Below, piece by piece: positions 26,090-38,487 of a stretch of 64,000 nt of DNA. A program made the translations under genes and the position numbers. This DNA comes from Mustelus asterias (taxonomy: Eukaryota): positions 62,001-126,000 of the forward strand of contig NW_027590284.1 of the NCBI RefSeq assembly GCF_964213995.1. The letters are read 5' to 3'. The notes beneath the pieces are model-generated. The model saw only the letters and a list, made by a program, of their open reading frames with translations. It was not told the DNA's origin and did not search any database. Numbering within the stretch: the first letter of the stretch is position 1; the number at the start of each line of letters is the position of its first letter.

Positions 26090-26418
26090 CCTCTTGCAAC
26101 TCGGCCAACATTGTCTACCTGATATGCTGCAGGAAAGGATGTCCTGAGGCATGGTACATTGGGGAAACCATGCAGACGCTACGACAACGGATGAATGAAC
26201 ACCGCTCGACAATCACCAGGCAAGACTGTTCTCTTCTTGTGGAGGAGCACTTCAGCGGTCACAGGCATTCGGCCTCTGATCTTCAGGTAAGTGTTCTCCA
26301 AGGCGGCCTTCACGACACACGACAGCGCAGAGTCGCTGAGCAGAAACTGATAGCCAAGTTCCGCACACATGAGGACGGCCTAAACCGGGATCTTGGGTTC
26401 ATGTCACACTATCAGTAA
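26090..26418 (+). mobile_element. Penelope GIY-YIG endonuclease C-terminal fragment
   Basis: CNSANIVYLICCRKGCPEAWYIGET..LRQRMNEHR..HF..E..LI..GLN. Confidence 0.9.
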
Positions 26419-26625
26419 CCCCCACAACTTGCCTGGCTTGCAAAATCTCACTGGCTGTCCTGTCTTGAGACTATACACATTTCTTTAACCTGTGCCTAAT
26501 GCTCTCTCCACTCACATTGTCTGTATCTTTAAGACCTGATTAGCTGTAAAGATTCGCATTCTAATCAGTATTCTGTAACTTGATTTTGTGTCTCTGTATG
26601 CCCTGTTTGTGAGCAGATTTCCACT

Positions 26626-26662
26626 CCATCTGACGAAGGAGCAGTGCTCCGAAAGCTAATGG
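26626..26662 (+). ncRNA. Minimal type I hammerhead ribozyme motif
   Basis: CCAT-CTGACGA-AGGAGC-AGT-GCTCC-GAAA-GC-TA-ATGG. Confidence 0.85.
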
Positions 26663-27739
26663 CATTTGCTACCAAATAAACCTGTTGGACTTTAACCTGG
26701 TGTTGTTAAAACTCTTACTCTATTCTCTCTCCACAGATGCTGTCAGACTTACTGGGATTTTCCAGCATTTTCTGTTTTTGAGAAGGGAATATCTTTACTG
26801 ACTTCTCACAACTAATTTCTGACCAACTTTACTATTTCTAAACTATGAGCTTGTTTTCCTCATTTTTTGACGACATACCATAGATAACAGCAAACTTACT
26901 CGAACAATCAGAATCAGCAACACAAACCCTCGAGCTGACAACAGGAATAAATATAAAAACCTTTCCAGTAAAATGTGATAACTATCGACTTAGATTCATC
27001 CTCCCCACCTGCAGATCATCTCACACAATTCTAAATTATTGACATATTGTAAATACATCTCGTTCAAGCAAAACTTCATGCACAGACTTTAAATATTCTC
27101 CAGCTCTCTGTTCACCTGCATCCAGCTTGTGGATGTTTTCTAACTGATTCTGGACATTCATCAACTTAATTTGTCCTTTCTGAACTGGTTCAGAAATCCT
27201 ATTGAGGAAATACTTGTAATCCCCGACACCCTCTTCTCCAATCCCCAGGATATCTCTCACCCCCGGTCTGTTTTCTCTGTCAGATTATCTATCAGTCATT
27301 CCCTGTAATGAGGCAGTGCCATTGTATAGTCCTGGCTCCACTTAGGAACTTCCCCATTCACATTTAACTGAGACTGTGATCCCACTCCGAACACCACTTG
27401 TAAGATTTAGGTCCACTAGTCACAGATTACCTGAAAAGGGGGGGTTGAGCTCAGAAGTGATTTTAAAGTATTTCATTGAGAAGCAACTGTTTAAATATAA
27501 TACAGAAACTAAATAAACAGGAAAAAACCCATAAACTGACAGGTGAGAATGATTTACCAGTCCCAAAGGACAAACAGGATGACACAGAGTGAGTGCTGGT
27601 CTCTGTAGCTGGTGGCTGCAATCTCCTCCGAATGGTTAACTGGTGTGAGCCAGAGTGTGGGTGTTGGGCTGAAGTCGGTACAGATCACTTCAAAATCTCT
27701 TCGCTCTCGAGAGCCTGTTTTAACCTTCACACAGGCAGT

Positions 27740-28400
27740 TGGTTTATGTACGGGTCATGAGATCCGATCGTATCAGGGTTAGAAATCTCTTGTTCAGGGT
27801 CGAGCGACATTGTCCTTGGCAGAGATAACAGGCCTGTCCTTTGTTTCAAAAACAGAAAATGCTGGAAAATTTCAGCTGGTCTGACAGCATCTGGAGGGAG
27901 AAAATAGAGCCAATGTTTCGAGTCTGGATGACCCTTCGTCAGAGCTGCGATGGAAACTTTCTTCATAAGACAGAGAGTGAGCTACTTCTATAATCCAGAA
28001 TATTCTGAAAATTTTATAAAGTTATTAGACAGCAATTTCTTACAGTCCGTTACTTGGATTGAACTTGTCTCCACTCCCAGGTTGAGGGGAATTCTGTACC
28101 AGACGGGAGGGGTAACATTTGGGAACTCTCGATTCTCCACCAATTTCCATTCCCCTTCTTTCTGGTGGATAATGGAGGTGTCACTGTGTGTAATGTGCAG
28201 ATCAGTAAGAATTGTCAACAAGGATTAATCAGCATTTTAATTGGAGATGTTAATCAGTGAAACCTCTCAGACACTGAATTGTAAAGTTTGTACCGAAGAT
28301 CAATTTGGGATTGAAGTAAGAAGTTCAGAATCCTGTTTGTAAATTAATTTCTGATGCGAGTTGCTGAATTATGGGGAAAGGTCGCAGACAGAGGTTCTTA
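27740..28400 (-). pseudogene. Second fragment homologous to the putative env relic (Cys-containing region)
   Basis: Shares CTTATGAAGAAAG(T/C)TTCC...GGCCTGTTAT(C/A)TCTGCCAAGGACA and CTCATGACCC with 25420-25625; reads DCKKLLSNN..LCLMKK..ACYLCQG. Confidence 0.4.
27908..27946 (-). ncRNA. Hammerhead motif of a second Penelope family, in a ~100 bp insert (27846-27948)
   Basis: AGCT-CTGACGA-AGGGTC-ATCCA-GACTC-GAAAC-ATT-GGCT; stem III carries one mismatch. Confidence 0.65.
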
Positions 28401-28554
28401 AAGGGACACTGCAGCCCCGGGAGCACAATCAGCTCTAGATCCAGAATATTAAACTCCAGCCCAGTTACTGAGTAAAAACAAACTCCAGCTGTCAGAATGA
28501 AAGGGCCCGGTTATCATTAACAGCAGCAATAACAGCAGAATCCAATCCCTGCCC

Positions 28555-29339
<785 letters not shown>

Positions 29340-29759
29340 GTTGATGATCAGTTGAAGCCTCGTCCACACACAACACGTGTACAGTTTCTCCTCACTGTGA
29401 ATGGTGATGTTTTTTCAGGCTGTGTAACTGTTTAAAGCTCTTTCCACAGTCAGTTCACTGGAACACTCTCACTCGGGTGTGCGTCTGTCTCGGTGATTTT
29501 CTAATCCCATTGATTTATGAAATCGTTTCCCACCGACAGAAGAGACAAACATTTTTCCTTCCACATTCAAAGGTCAATGATATTCAGCTCCTGATGAATC
29601 GAGTGACTCTCAGATTTTGACATGATGTTTGTTCTGACTTTCCTGTCTGGAACTCCTTTCCCGCTCACCCCCTGTAAAAGGAGTTTACAGAAGTTATCAG
29701 TATAAATAGAGGACAGAAATTCAGAGCAGACAATTCTAGTTTCTGTGGAAGCTTTCAAG

Positions 29760-31075
29760 GGAACATAGGAATTAGGACAGAAGAAGACAAATTCAGCTCT
29801 TCGAGCCTGCTCCGCCATTCAATCAGATCATGGCTGATCTCTCCCTGGTCTCAAATCCACCTCCCCACCTGTTTATACTCCAGATTCTTTACAATAAATA
29901 CCAACATCCCATTTGCCTTTTTTATTACATGCTGCACCTGCAGACCGACTTTCTGTGATTCATAAAAATAGACACCCAGATCCCTCTGCCTGGACACATA
30001 GTGAAGCTGCTTTCCATTTAGATAATTTGCCTTTCCATTTTTTTCTGTCAGTGGATAACCTCACACCGGTCCACACTAAACTCCATCTGCCAAACTTTCG
30101 CCCATTCTCCTAACCTATCCATCTGTAGAAGCTTTATATCCTCTTCACTGACTGCTTTCCCACCTATTTTAGTATCACCCGCAAATTTTGCTGTGTTACA
30201 CACTGTCCCTGCTTGCAGATCATTTATATAGATTGTAAAGAGTTGAGGTCCGAGGACTGATCCCTGCGGCACCCCCTTAGTTACGTTTCGCCAGCCAGAG
30301 AAGGACCCATTTATCCCGACCCTCTGCTTTCTGTCAGTGAGCCAATCCTCAATCCAATCCAGTTCTCCACCCTCAATCCCCTGCGATCACACTTTCTGGA
30401 TCAGTCTTTTATGCGGCACCTTGTCAAATGCTTTCTGGAAGTCTATATATACCACATCCACAGGTTTCCCCATGTCCACCTTGCTGGTTCTGTCCTCTAA
30501 GAATTGAAGCAAGTTTGTCAAACATGACTTACCCTGAATAAAACCATGCTGACAATGGTGGATTGAGCTTTGCCATTCCAAATGCTCATTCATCTCCTCC
30601 TTAACGATTGATTCCAGCAGCTTCCTCACTACACAGGTCAAGCGAGCTGGCCTTTGGTTTCCTATTTTTTGCCTCTCTCCCTTTTTGAATAAGGGCATCA
30701 CATTAGCCTGTTTCCAATCTAGTGGGACCTTATCAGAATCCAAGGAATTTTGAAATATCACAACTAATGCATCCACTATCTCTGCTGCCGCCTCCGTTAA
30801 TACCCTCGGGTGCAGGCCATCAGGCCCCAGAGACTTATCTGCCTTTAATCCACTTAGTTTATTCAATACCTCGCCGAAGTGATGATTATTGCACCAAGTT
30901 GCTCTGCATTAACAACAGTTTTTAGAAAATCTTCATTATTCTCTACTGTGAAGACAGAGGCAAAATATTGGATTAGTGTCTCTGCCATCTCTGTGTTCCC
31001 CATTAATACCTCACCAGTATTGTCCTCTAAAGGGCCAACATTTACTTTAGCTATTCTCTTCCACCATATATACTT
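29760..31075 (-). mobile_element. CR1 LINE RT fragment with 3' tail
   Basis: KSLGPDGLHPR, DFQKAFDKVPH, PQGSVLGPQLFTIYINDL, KFAGDTK. Confidence 0.9.
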
Positions 31076-31324
31076 CCCCAGATCTATAACTCTGTGTCCC
31101 ACACACTCCTCTCCCTCTCTGCTCATTGCTCCAGATTCAATCTCCAGTCTCCTCCAGATTCTTTTCTCCTCTCCAGATTCTCTCTCCTCCTGTCCTTAAA
31201 CTGGTGACTCAGGCTGTGGATCAATCCCACTCCGTCACTCTCATTCTCACAAATAATGCAGCTCACAACAACAAATCAACTTTAATGACTTTATTACTGA
31301 TTTTATATATCCAGAAATAATCAC

Positions 31325-31635
31325 CTTTCCCAATTGGGCCTTTGCCTCAGGTTATGATTCCTCAACAATGAAAAGAGAAGCTCCGCTTGGTGACTGGAGG
31401 ACCAAGAAGGAGCAGCTGGTCCTCCAAGCAATCGGAGTGAATGAGGGGCGAGTTGGGAGAACCGAGAAGGAGCAGCTGGTCCTCCAACCAGCGTGAATGA
31501 GGGGCGGGCCTGGAGGACCAAGCGGGAGCGGCTGGTCCTCCACCCAGAGTGAATGAGGGGCGGGGCCTCCAACCAATCGGAGTGAATGAGGAGCGGGGCT
31601 GGAGGACCGAGAAGGAGCGGAGTGCCCCCTCCAGT
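31325..31635 (-). promoter_or_regulatory. Promoter-like block of ~4 tandem 45-60 bp GC-box/CCAAT modules; probable exon-1 donor near 31325
   Basis: Repeated GGAGGACC..GGTCCTCC AACCAATC GGAGTGAATGA GGGGCGGG; the same module occurs once at 16133-16200. Confidence 0.6.
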
Positions 31636-31682
31636 CCTGCTCCAGAATCTGTGGAATCTTGTGCCTTTATTCACTTGTTAGA

Positions 31683-31987
31683 CTCATAGAATCCTAAGAG
31701 CAGGCCATTCAGCCCATCGAGTCTGCACAATCCCACCCAGGCTCTATCCCCATAACCCCATGCATTTACCCTAGCTAGTCCTCCTGACACTAAGGGGCAA
31801 TTTAGCATGTCCAATCCATCTAACCCGCACACCTTTAGGCTGTGGGAGGAAACCGGAGCACCCGGGGGAAACCCACACAGACACAGGGAGAATGTGCAGA
31901 CTCCACACAGACAGTCACCCAAGCCGGGAATCGAACTTGGGCCCCTGGTGCTGAGGCAGCAGTGCTGACCACTGTGCCACCGTGCCA
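31683..31987 (-). mobile_element. HE1 V-SINE
   Basis: Reverse-complement head, V-domain and tail. Confidence 0.9.
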
Positions 31988-32232
31988 CTTGTCAAGTGTC
32001 TTGAATCACAACCTTTATTTTAATCAAACTGTTTATTGTCCCTAACTGGATCTCCCCTCACATCCCGGGGTCTGGTCAAGGATCGTAACAATAAGGGGGT
32101 GAAAATTTATCGGGATAGGTGGGTATATGGAGTTGAGGTTACAATCAGATCAGACATCATCTTATTGAATGGTAGACCAGACTCAAGGGGCCAAGTGGCC
32201 GACTCCTCCTAATTCCTATATCTGCATGTATG

Positions 32233-32408
32233 TTCACTAATGTCCTTTAGGGAAGGAAATCTGCCATCCTTACCTGGTCTGGCCTACATGTGACACCAAA
32301 GCCACAGCAATGTGGTTGTTTCTTAAATGCCCACCAAGGGCAACTAGGGATGGGCAATAAATGCTGTCCAGCCAACAATGACCATGTTCCATAAATGAAT
32401 AAAAAAAT
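32233..32408 (+). mobile_element. SINE/LINE 3' tail repeat, family unassigned; other copies at 22745-23092(-), 34200-34540, 57455-57730 and 57960-58085
   Basis: GGGAAGGAAATCTGCCATCCTTACCTGGTCTGGCCTACATGTGAC...TAGGGATGGGCAATAAATGCTG..GAATAAAAAA recurs at least 5 times. Confidence 0.75.
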
Positions 32409-33564
32409 GTTGCAATGAGAGCCATGCACTTGATATCAATGTATTTATATTGCTTTTTTTCTTGTTGGTGGGGGGGGTGATGTTTAAAATTTCAGATTTA
32501 TTCTGTAGGCAGCCAGTGTGTCTGGAAAACATTTAGCTGTAAAAGCAAATTAGAACAAAAAGTCTCGTGATTAATTCAGAGCTTCCTTCTCCCTCGGTCT
32601 GTTCTAACAAACTGTGTCCATCTGAGTTACATTTATACAGATTCACTCACTCAGTAAGTGATCAGATTTCACTGAACTACAACAACAACTTATATTAATG
32701 TAGAACTTTTCACTGAATAAAATGTCCGAAGCAGTTTCACAGGAACAAAAGGACACATTGGGTCAGATGATCCAAAGAGATTGGTTATAAGGAGAGTCTT
32801 TAGGGAGGAAAGTGAAGTGGAAAGGTGGAGAGGTTTAGGGAGGAAATTCCAGAGCTTAGGGTCCAGGCAGCTGAAGGCACGGCCACCAATGGTGGGGTGA
32901 TTTAAATCAGGGGTGAAGGACATCCGGGACAGGACATCTGGGAATGGTGCTCCATGTGTGTGGCCCCATAGCCCAGGCTCAAGGCCCTAATCTGAACTTT
33001 GGGACAGTGTTTGACCGTCCCTGGTCTCAGAGAAAAACAATTCCCCCGATAAACATCTTGTAAGATCTGTGTTTATTGATACCATAAAAAGTTGGGACCA
33101 GTCCAGTCCTCCTGTGTACTGGATGGGGATTGATTTTAACAGATTTAAACTCCTCTGGATCTCAGTGCTACAACTTGAATATCTTTTGGTTAAAAATGAA
33201 AATAAATAAATATTGAAAAGTGAACAGAACAAAAATGGGGAAACAGACACAACCCCCTTCATGTTCACTGAACATTCCTTCACCCACTCATCCACCCAGT
33301 GGCTCCCAGCCGGATCGACAATCAGCGCAAACTCAGAGAGAGGGGAGCTGGTCCTCGGGATGTAACAATGGACAAGGGCTGGAAGTTTACAGTTTATGGT
33401 CATGACCTGCATGGAGGCAAGTCAGAGCCGTGCTTGAAGCTCCATGGAGGCAGCCACTTTCTCCATGATAGACAGTCTCTGGAACCTCCACCAGCCCCAC
33501 AACCCTCCGAGCTCCCTGCCCTCCTCCAATTAGGGAAGAAGGTGACTCAGTGGTAATGTCTTTG

Positions 33565-34215
33565 ATTGGATTTATTATTGTCACCTGTATTGGGATACTG
33601 TGAAAAGTATTGTTTCTTGCACAACATACAGACAAAAAACATACTGTTCATAGAGTACATCAGGGAGAAGGAAAGGAGACAGTGCAGAAAATAGTGTTAA
33701 AGTCATAGCTAGGGTGTAGAGAAAAGCTTAATGCAAGGTAGGTCCATTCAAGAGTCTGATAGCAGCAGAGAAGAAGGTGTTCTTGAGTCGGTTGGTCCGT
33801 GATCTCAGACTTGAGTGCTTTCTATGGTGCATCTGTAAAAGCTAATGAGAGTCGTAGCAGACATAGAACAAAGAACAATACAGCACAGGAACAGGCCCTT
33901 CGGCCCTCCAAGCCCGTGCTGCTCCCTGGTCCAAACTAGACCATTCTTTTGTATCCCTCCATTCCCACTCCGTTCATGTGGCTATCTAGATAAGTCTTAA
34001 ACGTTCCCAGTGTGTCCGCCTCTACCACCTTGCCTGGCAGCGCATTCCAGGCCCCCACCACCCTCTGTGTAAAATTCATGCCAAATTTTCTTAGCCTCCT
34101 GAGAAAGCAGAGGTGTTGGTGGCCTTTCTTAACTATAGTGTTGGCGTGGAGGGACCAGGACAGGTTGTTGGTGATCTGGACACCTCAAATCATGAAGCTC
34201 TCAACCATTTCCACT
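33565..34215 (-). mobile_element. Rex1/Babar-like 3' end with nested CR1 tail
   Basis: Reverse complement of the 15530-15720 tail; CR1 tail AGAACAAAGAACAATACAGCACAGGAACAGGCCC at 33865. Confidence 0.7.
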
Positions 34216-35101
34216 TCTGGAACAGACATCCAGAAGTCCAGCCCAATGCTCTGGGGACATGGGTTCAAATCCCCAATTCAATTAATGAATCTGGAATTCT
34301 AAAGCTAGTCTCAGTAATGATGTCCATGTTAGTTATCATCGATTGTTGTAAAACTTTACCAATGTCCTTTAGGGAAGGAAATCTGCCATCCTTATCTGGT
34401 CTGGCCTACGTGTGACTCTGGACTCACAGCAATGTGGTTGGGTCTCGGGCCGAGCAAGCCACTCAGTTCAGGGACAATAAGGGATGGGTAACAAGTTCTG
34501 GCCTTTCCAGTGATGCCCACATCCCAGGAGACAATAAAATAAAATGTTCTGACCCTCTTCAGCTCCCCCAACCGGCTTCACTCCACCTGTACTTTCACCT
34601 GCTGAGGTCCTAAAGGATGGAAATCCCTCACTAAACCTGCTCCTTACCTTTTCAACCCAGCTTCTTACCGTCTGTGAAGGGTCTCGGTACATTCTAACCT
34701 GTTACTGGGTAAATACCAATTGTTGTCACCGCTTTTCATCTGAAAACTCAGGAATGTCACAAAAACATTTGGAAACTTCAGATCAGAGACATTTTCAGAC
34801 TGGAATAGTCACTTGTGGTCAGGAACAGCTCGCAGTTTTATATCAATCTGATTTCAGAGCATGCTTTGTGAACAATCACTATCTAATAATCTTCATAAAA
34901 TGTAAAAATGTTCCTTGAAAATTAACAGAACAGCACTCTCTGTCCCTCCCTCTCTCCCTCTTATGAAGAAAGCTTCCACAGCAGCTTGCTGGGTGACAAA
35001 CCCAGAATGGACCTGTTTTCTCTCCCCAGATAAGGAGCTCTGATCCATGGAAGAGAGCGGCTGAACACATTTCTTACACACCTCAGGATTAACCCACACA
35101 T

Positions 35102-35912
35102 TCAGTCCTCAATGTGATTAACAGCAGCAAAAGCAGTTGAATCCAACCCCTGCAGACACTCATGAAATTGCTGGTGTCTGAGCATTTGCTGTAAGTCAGT
35201 GAATCCATTCCCACACTCGGAACAGGTGAACAGTCTCTCCCCAGTGTGAACTCGCTGGTGCATCACGAGACTTTTGCTGCTTTTGAAGCTCTGCTCACAG
35301 TCAAAACATTTAAAAGGTTTTACATTGATGTGAATTTGCTGGTGTTTCAGTAGGTGGTATGATTGAATGAAGTTCTTCCCACACACAGAGCAGCTGTATG
35401 GTCTCTCTCCAGTGTGAATTCGCTGGTGTACAGTGAGTTCAGATGATCGCCTGAACCCAGTCCCACAGTGAGAACATCTAAATGGTCTCTCGAGTGTGAA
35501 CACGTTGATGACACGTCACTTCACCGGAGGTTTTAAAGCACTTCCCACAGTCTGGACATTTAAAGGGTCTCTTGTCAGTGTGAACTCGCTGGTGTTTCTG
35601 CAGGTTGGATGTAGCAGTGAATCGCTTCCCACACAAGGGGCAGGTGAATGGCTTCTCCTCACTGTGAATGTGTTGGTGCCTCAGCAGATACTTTTTGCTT
35701 TTAAATGTTTTCTCACAGTCAGAACATTTGAAAGGTGTCTGATCAGTGTGAACATACTGGTGTGTCAGCAGGCTGGATGACTGAGTGAATCCCTTCCCAC
35801 AGGTGGAGCAGGTGAACGGCCTCTCTCCAGTGTGAGCACGTCGATGCATTTCCAGTTCAGAAGGGTAACTGTAACCCTTTCCACAATCCTCACATTTCCA
35901 CAGTTTCTCCAT
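35102..35912 (-). pseudogene. Type-B C2H2 ZNF, 9 fingers, single frameshift after finger 5 (could still give a 5-finger protein)
   Basis: MEKLWKCEDC from ~35912; CACACT-C-GAGAGA lacks 2 nt of the HTDERPF linker at ~35490; the remaining 4 fingers are in ORF 35102-35503. Confidence 0.8.
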
Positions 35913-36354
35913 GGTGCCGGTGTCCTTGTGTCTCTCCAGGTTGGACACTTAGTTGAATCCTCATCCACACACAGAACATGTGAACGGTTTCTCCTTACTA
36001 TGAATGGTGTGATATTTTTTCAGGCTGTGTAACTGGTTAAAGCTCTTTCCATAGTCAGTTCACAGAAATACTCTCTCAGGTATTTGTGTGTGTCTCAGTG
36101 CTTTTCCAGTCACACTGATGTTTGAAATCTTTTCCCACAGACAGAATAAACATTTCTCCTTCCACATTCAAAGGCCAATGATATTCAGACCCTGATGAAT
36201 CGAGTGACTCTGTCAGATCTCGTTGTGATATCTGTTTCTGTCTGTAATTCCTCCTTTCCAATATTCTGTAAAACAGTTTACAAAAGTCATCAGTTAGTCC
36301 AGGATAGAAATTTTGAACAATTTTAGTTTCTCTGGAACATTTTTTCCTCTCTTG

Positions 36355-36945
36355 CTTGCCTTCATTGGCCGGGGCATCAAGTATAAAAGTTGGCAAGATG
36401 TGTTACAGCTGTATGAAACTTTAGTTAGGCCACATTTGGAGTATTACATGCAGTTCTGGTTGCCACACTACCAGAAGGACGTGGATGCTTTGGAGACACT
36501 ATAAAGAAGGTTTACCAGATGTTGCCCAGTCTAGAGGGTTTAAGTTATGAAAAGAGGTTGGATAAACCTGGATTGTTTTCACTGGAAAGACGGAGGCTGA
36601 GGGGTGACCTGATAGAGATCTACAAAATTATAAGATGCATAGATAGGGTAGATAGTCAGAGGCTTTTTCCCAGGGCAGAAGGGTTGACTATGAGAGGGCA
36701 CAGGTTCAAGGTGAGGTGGGGAAAGTTTTTCACACAGAGGGTTGTGGGTGCCTGGACCATGCTGCCAATGGAGGTTGTGGAAGCAGGCACGTTAGCAACG
36801 TTCAAGGCGTATCTTGATAGACACACGAACGGGAGACAAACAGAGGGATAGAAACAGAGGGACAATAAGTAGTGGGTGTAAATTAGGAATCAGCGCAGGC
36901 TCGGTGGGCCAAAGGGCCTGTTCCTGTGCTGCATTGTTCTTTGTT
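36355..36945 (+). mobile_element. CR1 3' fragment in ZNF intron
   Basis: LYETLVRPHLEY..QFW..RLRGDLIEIYKI; CR1 3' UTR. Confidence 0.9.
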
Positions 36946-37067
36946 CTCCTAAATCTGTAAATCCCCTTCCCACACACTCTCCCTCCTCCCTGGGCTGAAG
37001 TCCAAACCCATCTCACCATCTCTTTCCTCCAGTTTTCTCCCTCCCTCTCCTCTGTCTGGGTTCAGTT

Positions 37068-37170
37068 AGAAGTCTCACAACACCAGGTTAAAGTCCAACA
37101 GGTTTTTTTGGTAGCAAATACCATAAGCTTTCGGAGCACTGCTCCTTCGTCAGATGGAGTGGAAATGGAG
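37068..37170 (-). mobile_element. Short Penelope pLTR insertion with 11-bp TSD
   Basis: TGGGTTCAGTT at 37057-37067 and 37171-37181. Confidence 0.85.
37121..37157 (-). ncRNA. Minimal hammerhead ribozyme motif, sense to the 35 kb ZNF transcript
   Basis: CCAT-CTGACGA-AGGAGC-AGT-GCTCC-GAAA-GC-TT-ATGG. Confidence 0.85.
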
Positions 37171-37249
37171 TGGGTTCAGTTCTCCAGCTCCTGTCTGCAG
37201 ACTGACAATAAAACCAATGGGTTTTATTGGGGGGTTTGGAACCTCCTGC

Positions 37250-37620
37250 ACTCACCCGCCTGAGTCCAGATTCACAGCCACACCGCGCATGCTCCAGCTC
37301 ACAATGGGCCGGGGAGTGATTGACGGGCAGTTCCGGACCAATAGGAAGAGGATCATCCGGGTCCCGGATTGAACCGGGCAACCGGCCACCATCTTGGGAG
37401 AGGAAGGCGTATCTTTTGTTCAGGGAGCGGAGCGCGGGGACGGCCATCTTGGTAAGGGAGGGGGGAGTGGGCGGGGCTGCTCCCTGTGGCCTGGGCCCGG
37501 GTTACCCGGGCAACCGGCGGGCGCCGCCATCTTGAGGTGGTGATTGTCCATCCGGGTGTTGAGTGAAGGGATGGACAATGAGCTGGAGCTGAGTTTGGAA
37601 AGTGTTCAGAGGAAGGTGTG
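37250..37620. promoter_or_regulatory. CpG island, bidirectional promoter between the 35 kb(-) and 39.5 kb(+) ZNFs
   Basis: Three YY1-like CCATCTT motifs (~37388, 37444, 37526), CCAAT (37338), GCGCATGC (37285), GC box; minus-strand donor GG/GTGAGT near 37255. Confidence 0.7.
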
Positions 37621-37882
37621 AAATCAGATTGACAGCCAGATCTGTGTAAGAACTAGAAACTCACATTCAGTATGTTTCTCAAAGCTCACCACAATGCTGC
37701 AAACACTCAGCTCATCAACAACAAGCCTCTGGCATTGCAAATGTTAACTCTGTTTCTCTCTCTCCACAGAAGCTGCCAAAACCTGCTGAGGATTTCCACA
37801 ACTTCCTGTTTTCATTTCCCATTTCCAGAACTTTCTGTTTTTTGTTTCCATTTCCAGCTTCTCCAGTCTTTCACTGCGATTA

Positions 37883-38487
37883 TTATAGAATTCCTACAGT
37901 GCAGAGGAGGCCATTTGGCCCATTGAGCCTGCACCGAACAACAATCCCACCCAGGCCCTATCACTGCAACCTCACCTATTTACCCTGTTAATCCCCCTGA
38001 GGGTACTAAGTAGGTCAATTTAGCATGGCCAATCCACCTAGCCTGCGCCTCTTTGGACTGTGGGAGGAAACCGGAGCATCCGGAGGAAACCCACGCAGAC
38101 ACGGGGAGAACGTGCAAACTCCACACAGATAGTGACCCAAGCCGGGAATCGAACCCGGATCCCTGGAGCTGTCAGGCAGCATTGATAACCACTGTGCCTT
38201 TTTTTGTTTTTAAAGTTAAAGTTTATTTATTAATGTCAAGTAAGGCTTATAGTAACACTGCAATGAAGTTACTGCGAAATTCCCCGAGTCGCCACACTCC
38301 GGCACCTGTTCGGGTCAATGCACCTAACCAGCACGTCTTTCAGACTGAGAGGGGAAACCGGAGCACACAGGAAACCCACACAGACATGGGGAGAACATGC
38401 AAACTCCACACAGACCCAAGGGCTGGAATTGAACCCAGGTCCCTGGCGCTGTGAGGCAGCAGTGCTAACCACTGTGCCACCATGTCG
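37883..38487 (-). mobile_element. Two adjacent HE1-type SINEs, one with each tail type
   Basis: 37883-38196 has the GAATTCTAT tail; 38215-38487 has the GACATTAATAAATAAAC tail. Confidence 0.85.

Larger units (their letters stand above)
25652..26777. mobile_element. Palindromic Penelope-derived element with 13-bp TSD, containing a nested Penelope-like element (25806-26718)
   Basis: TTGAGAAGGGAAT at 25639-25651 and 26778-26790; inner duplication CTCTATTCTCTCTC; inverted pseudo-LTRs at 25856-26079 and ~26495-26719. Confidence 0.9.
25030..27600 (-). pseudogene. Putative endogenous retroviral envelope (class I fusion protein) relic, interrupted by a Penelope insertion
   Basis: Broken frames give HYRE*L..TDRGVR/DILGIGEEGVG (furin-like site plus Gly-rich fusion-peptide-like stretch), a helical segment, TICQ..DDLQVGR and a later ACYICQG. 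The identity is inferred from remembered motifs. Confidence 0.4.

Noticed and set aside
32930-33550. Possible integrase remnant (HP..G..R-like words)
   Set aside because: It needs several arbitrary frameshifts and no catalytic motif can be defended. The same applies to 40800-41480 and 38740-38960.
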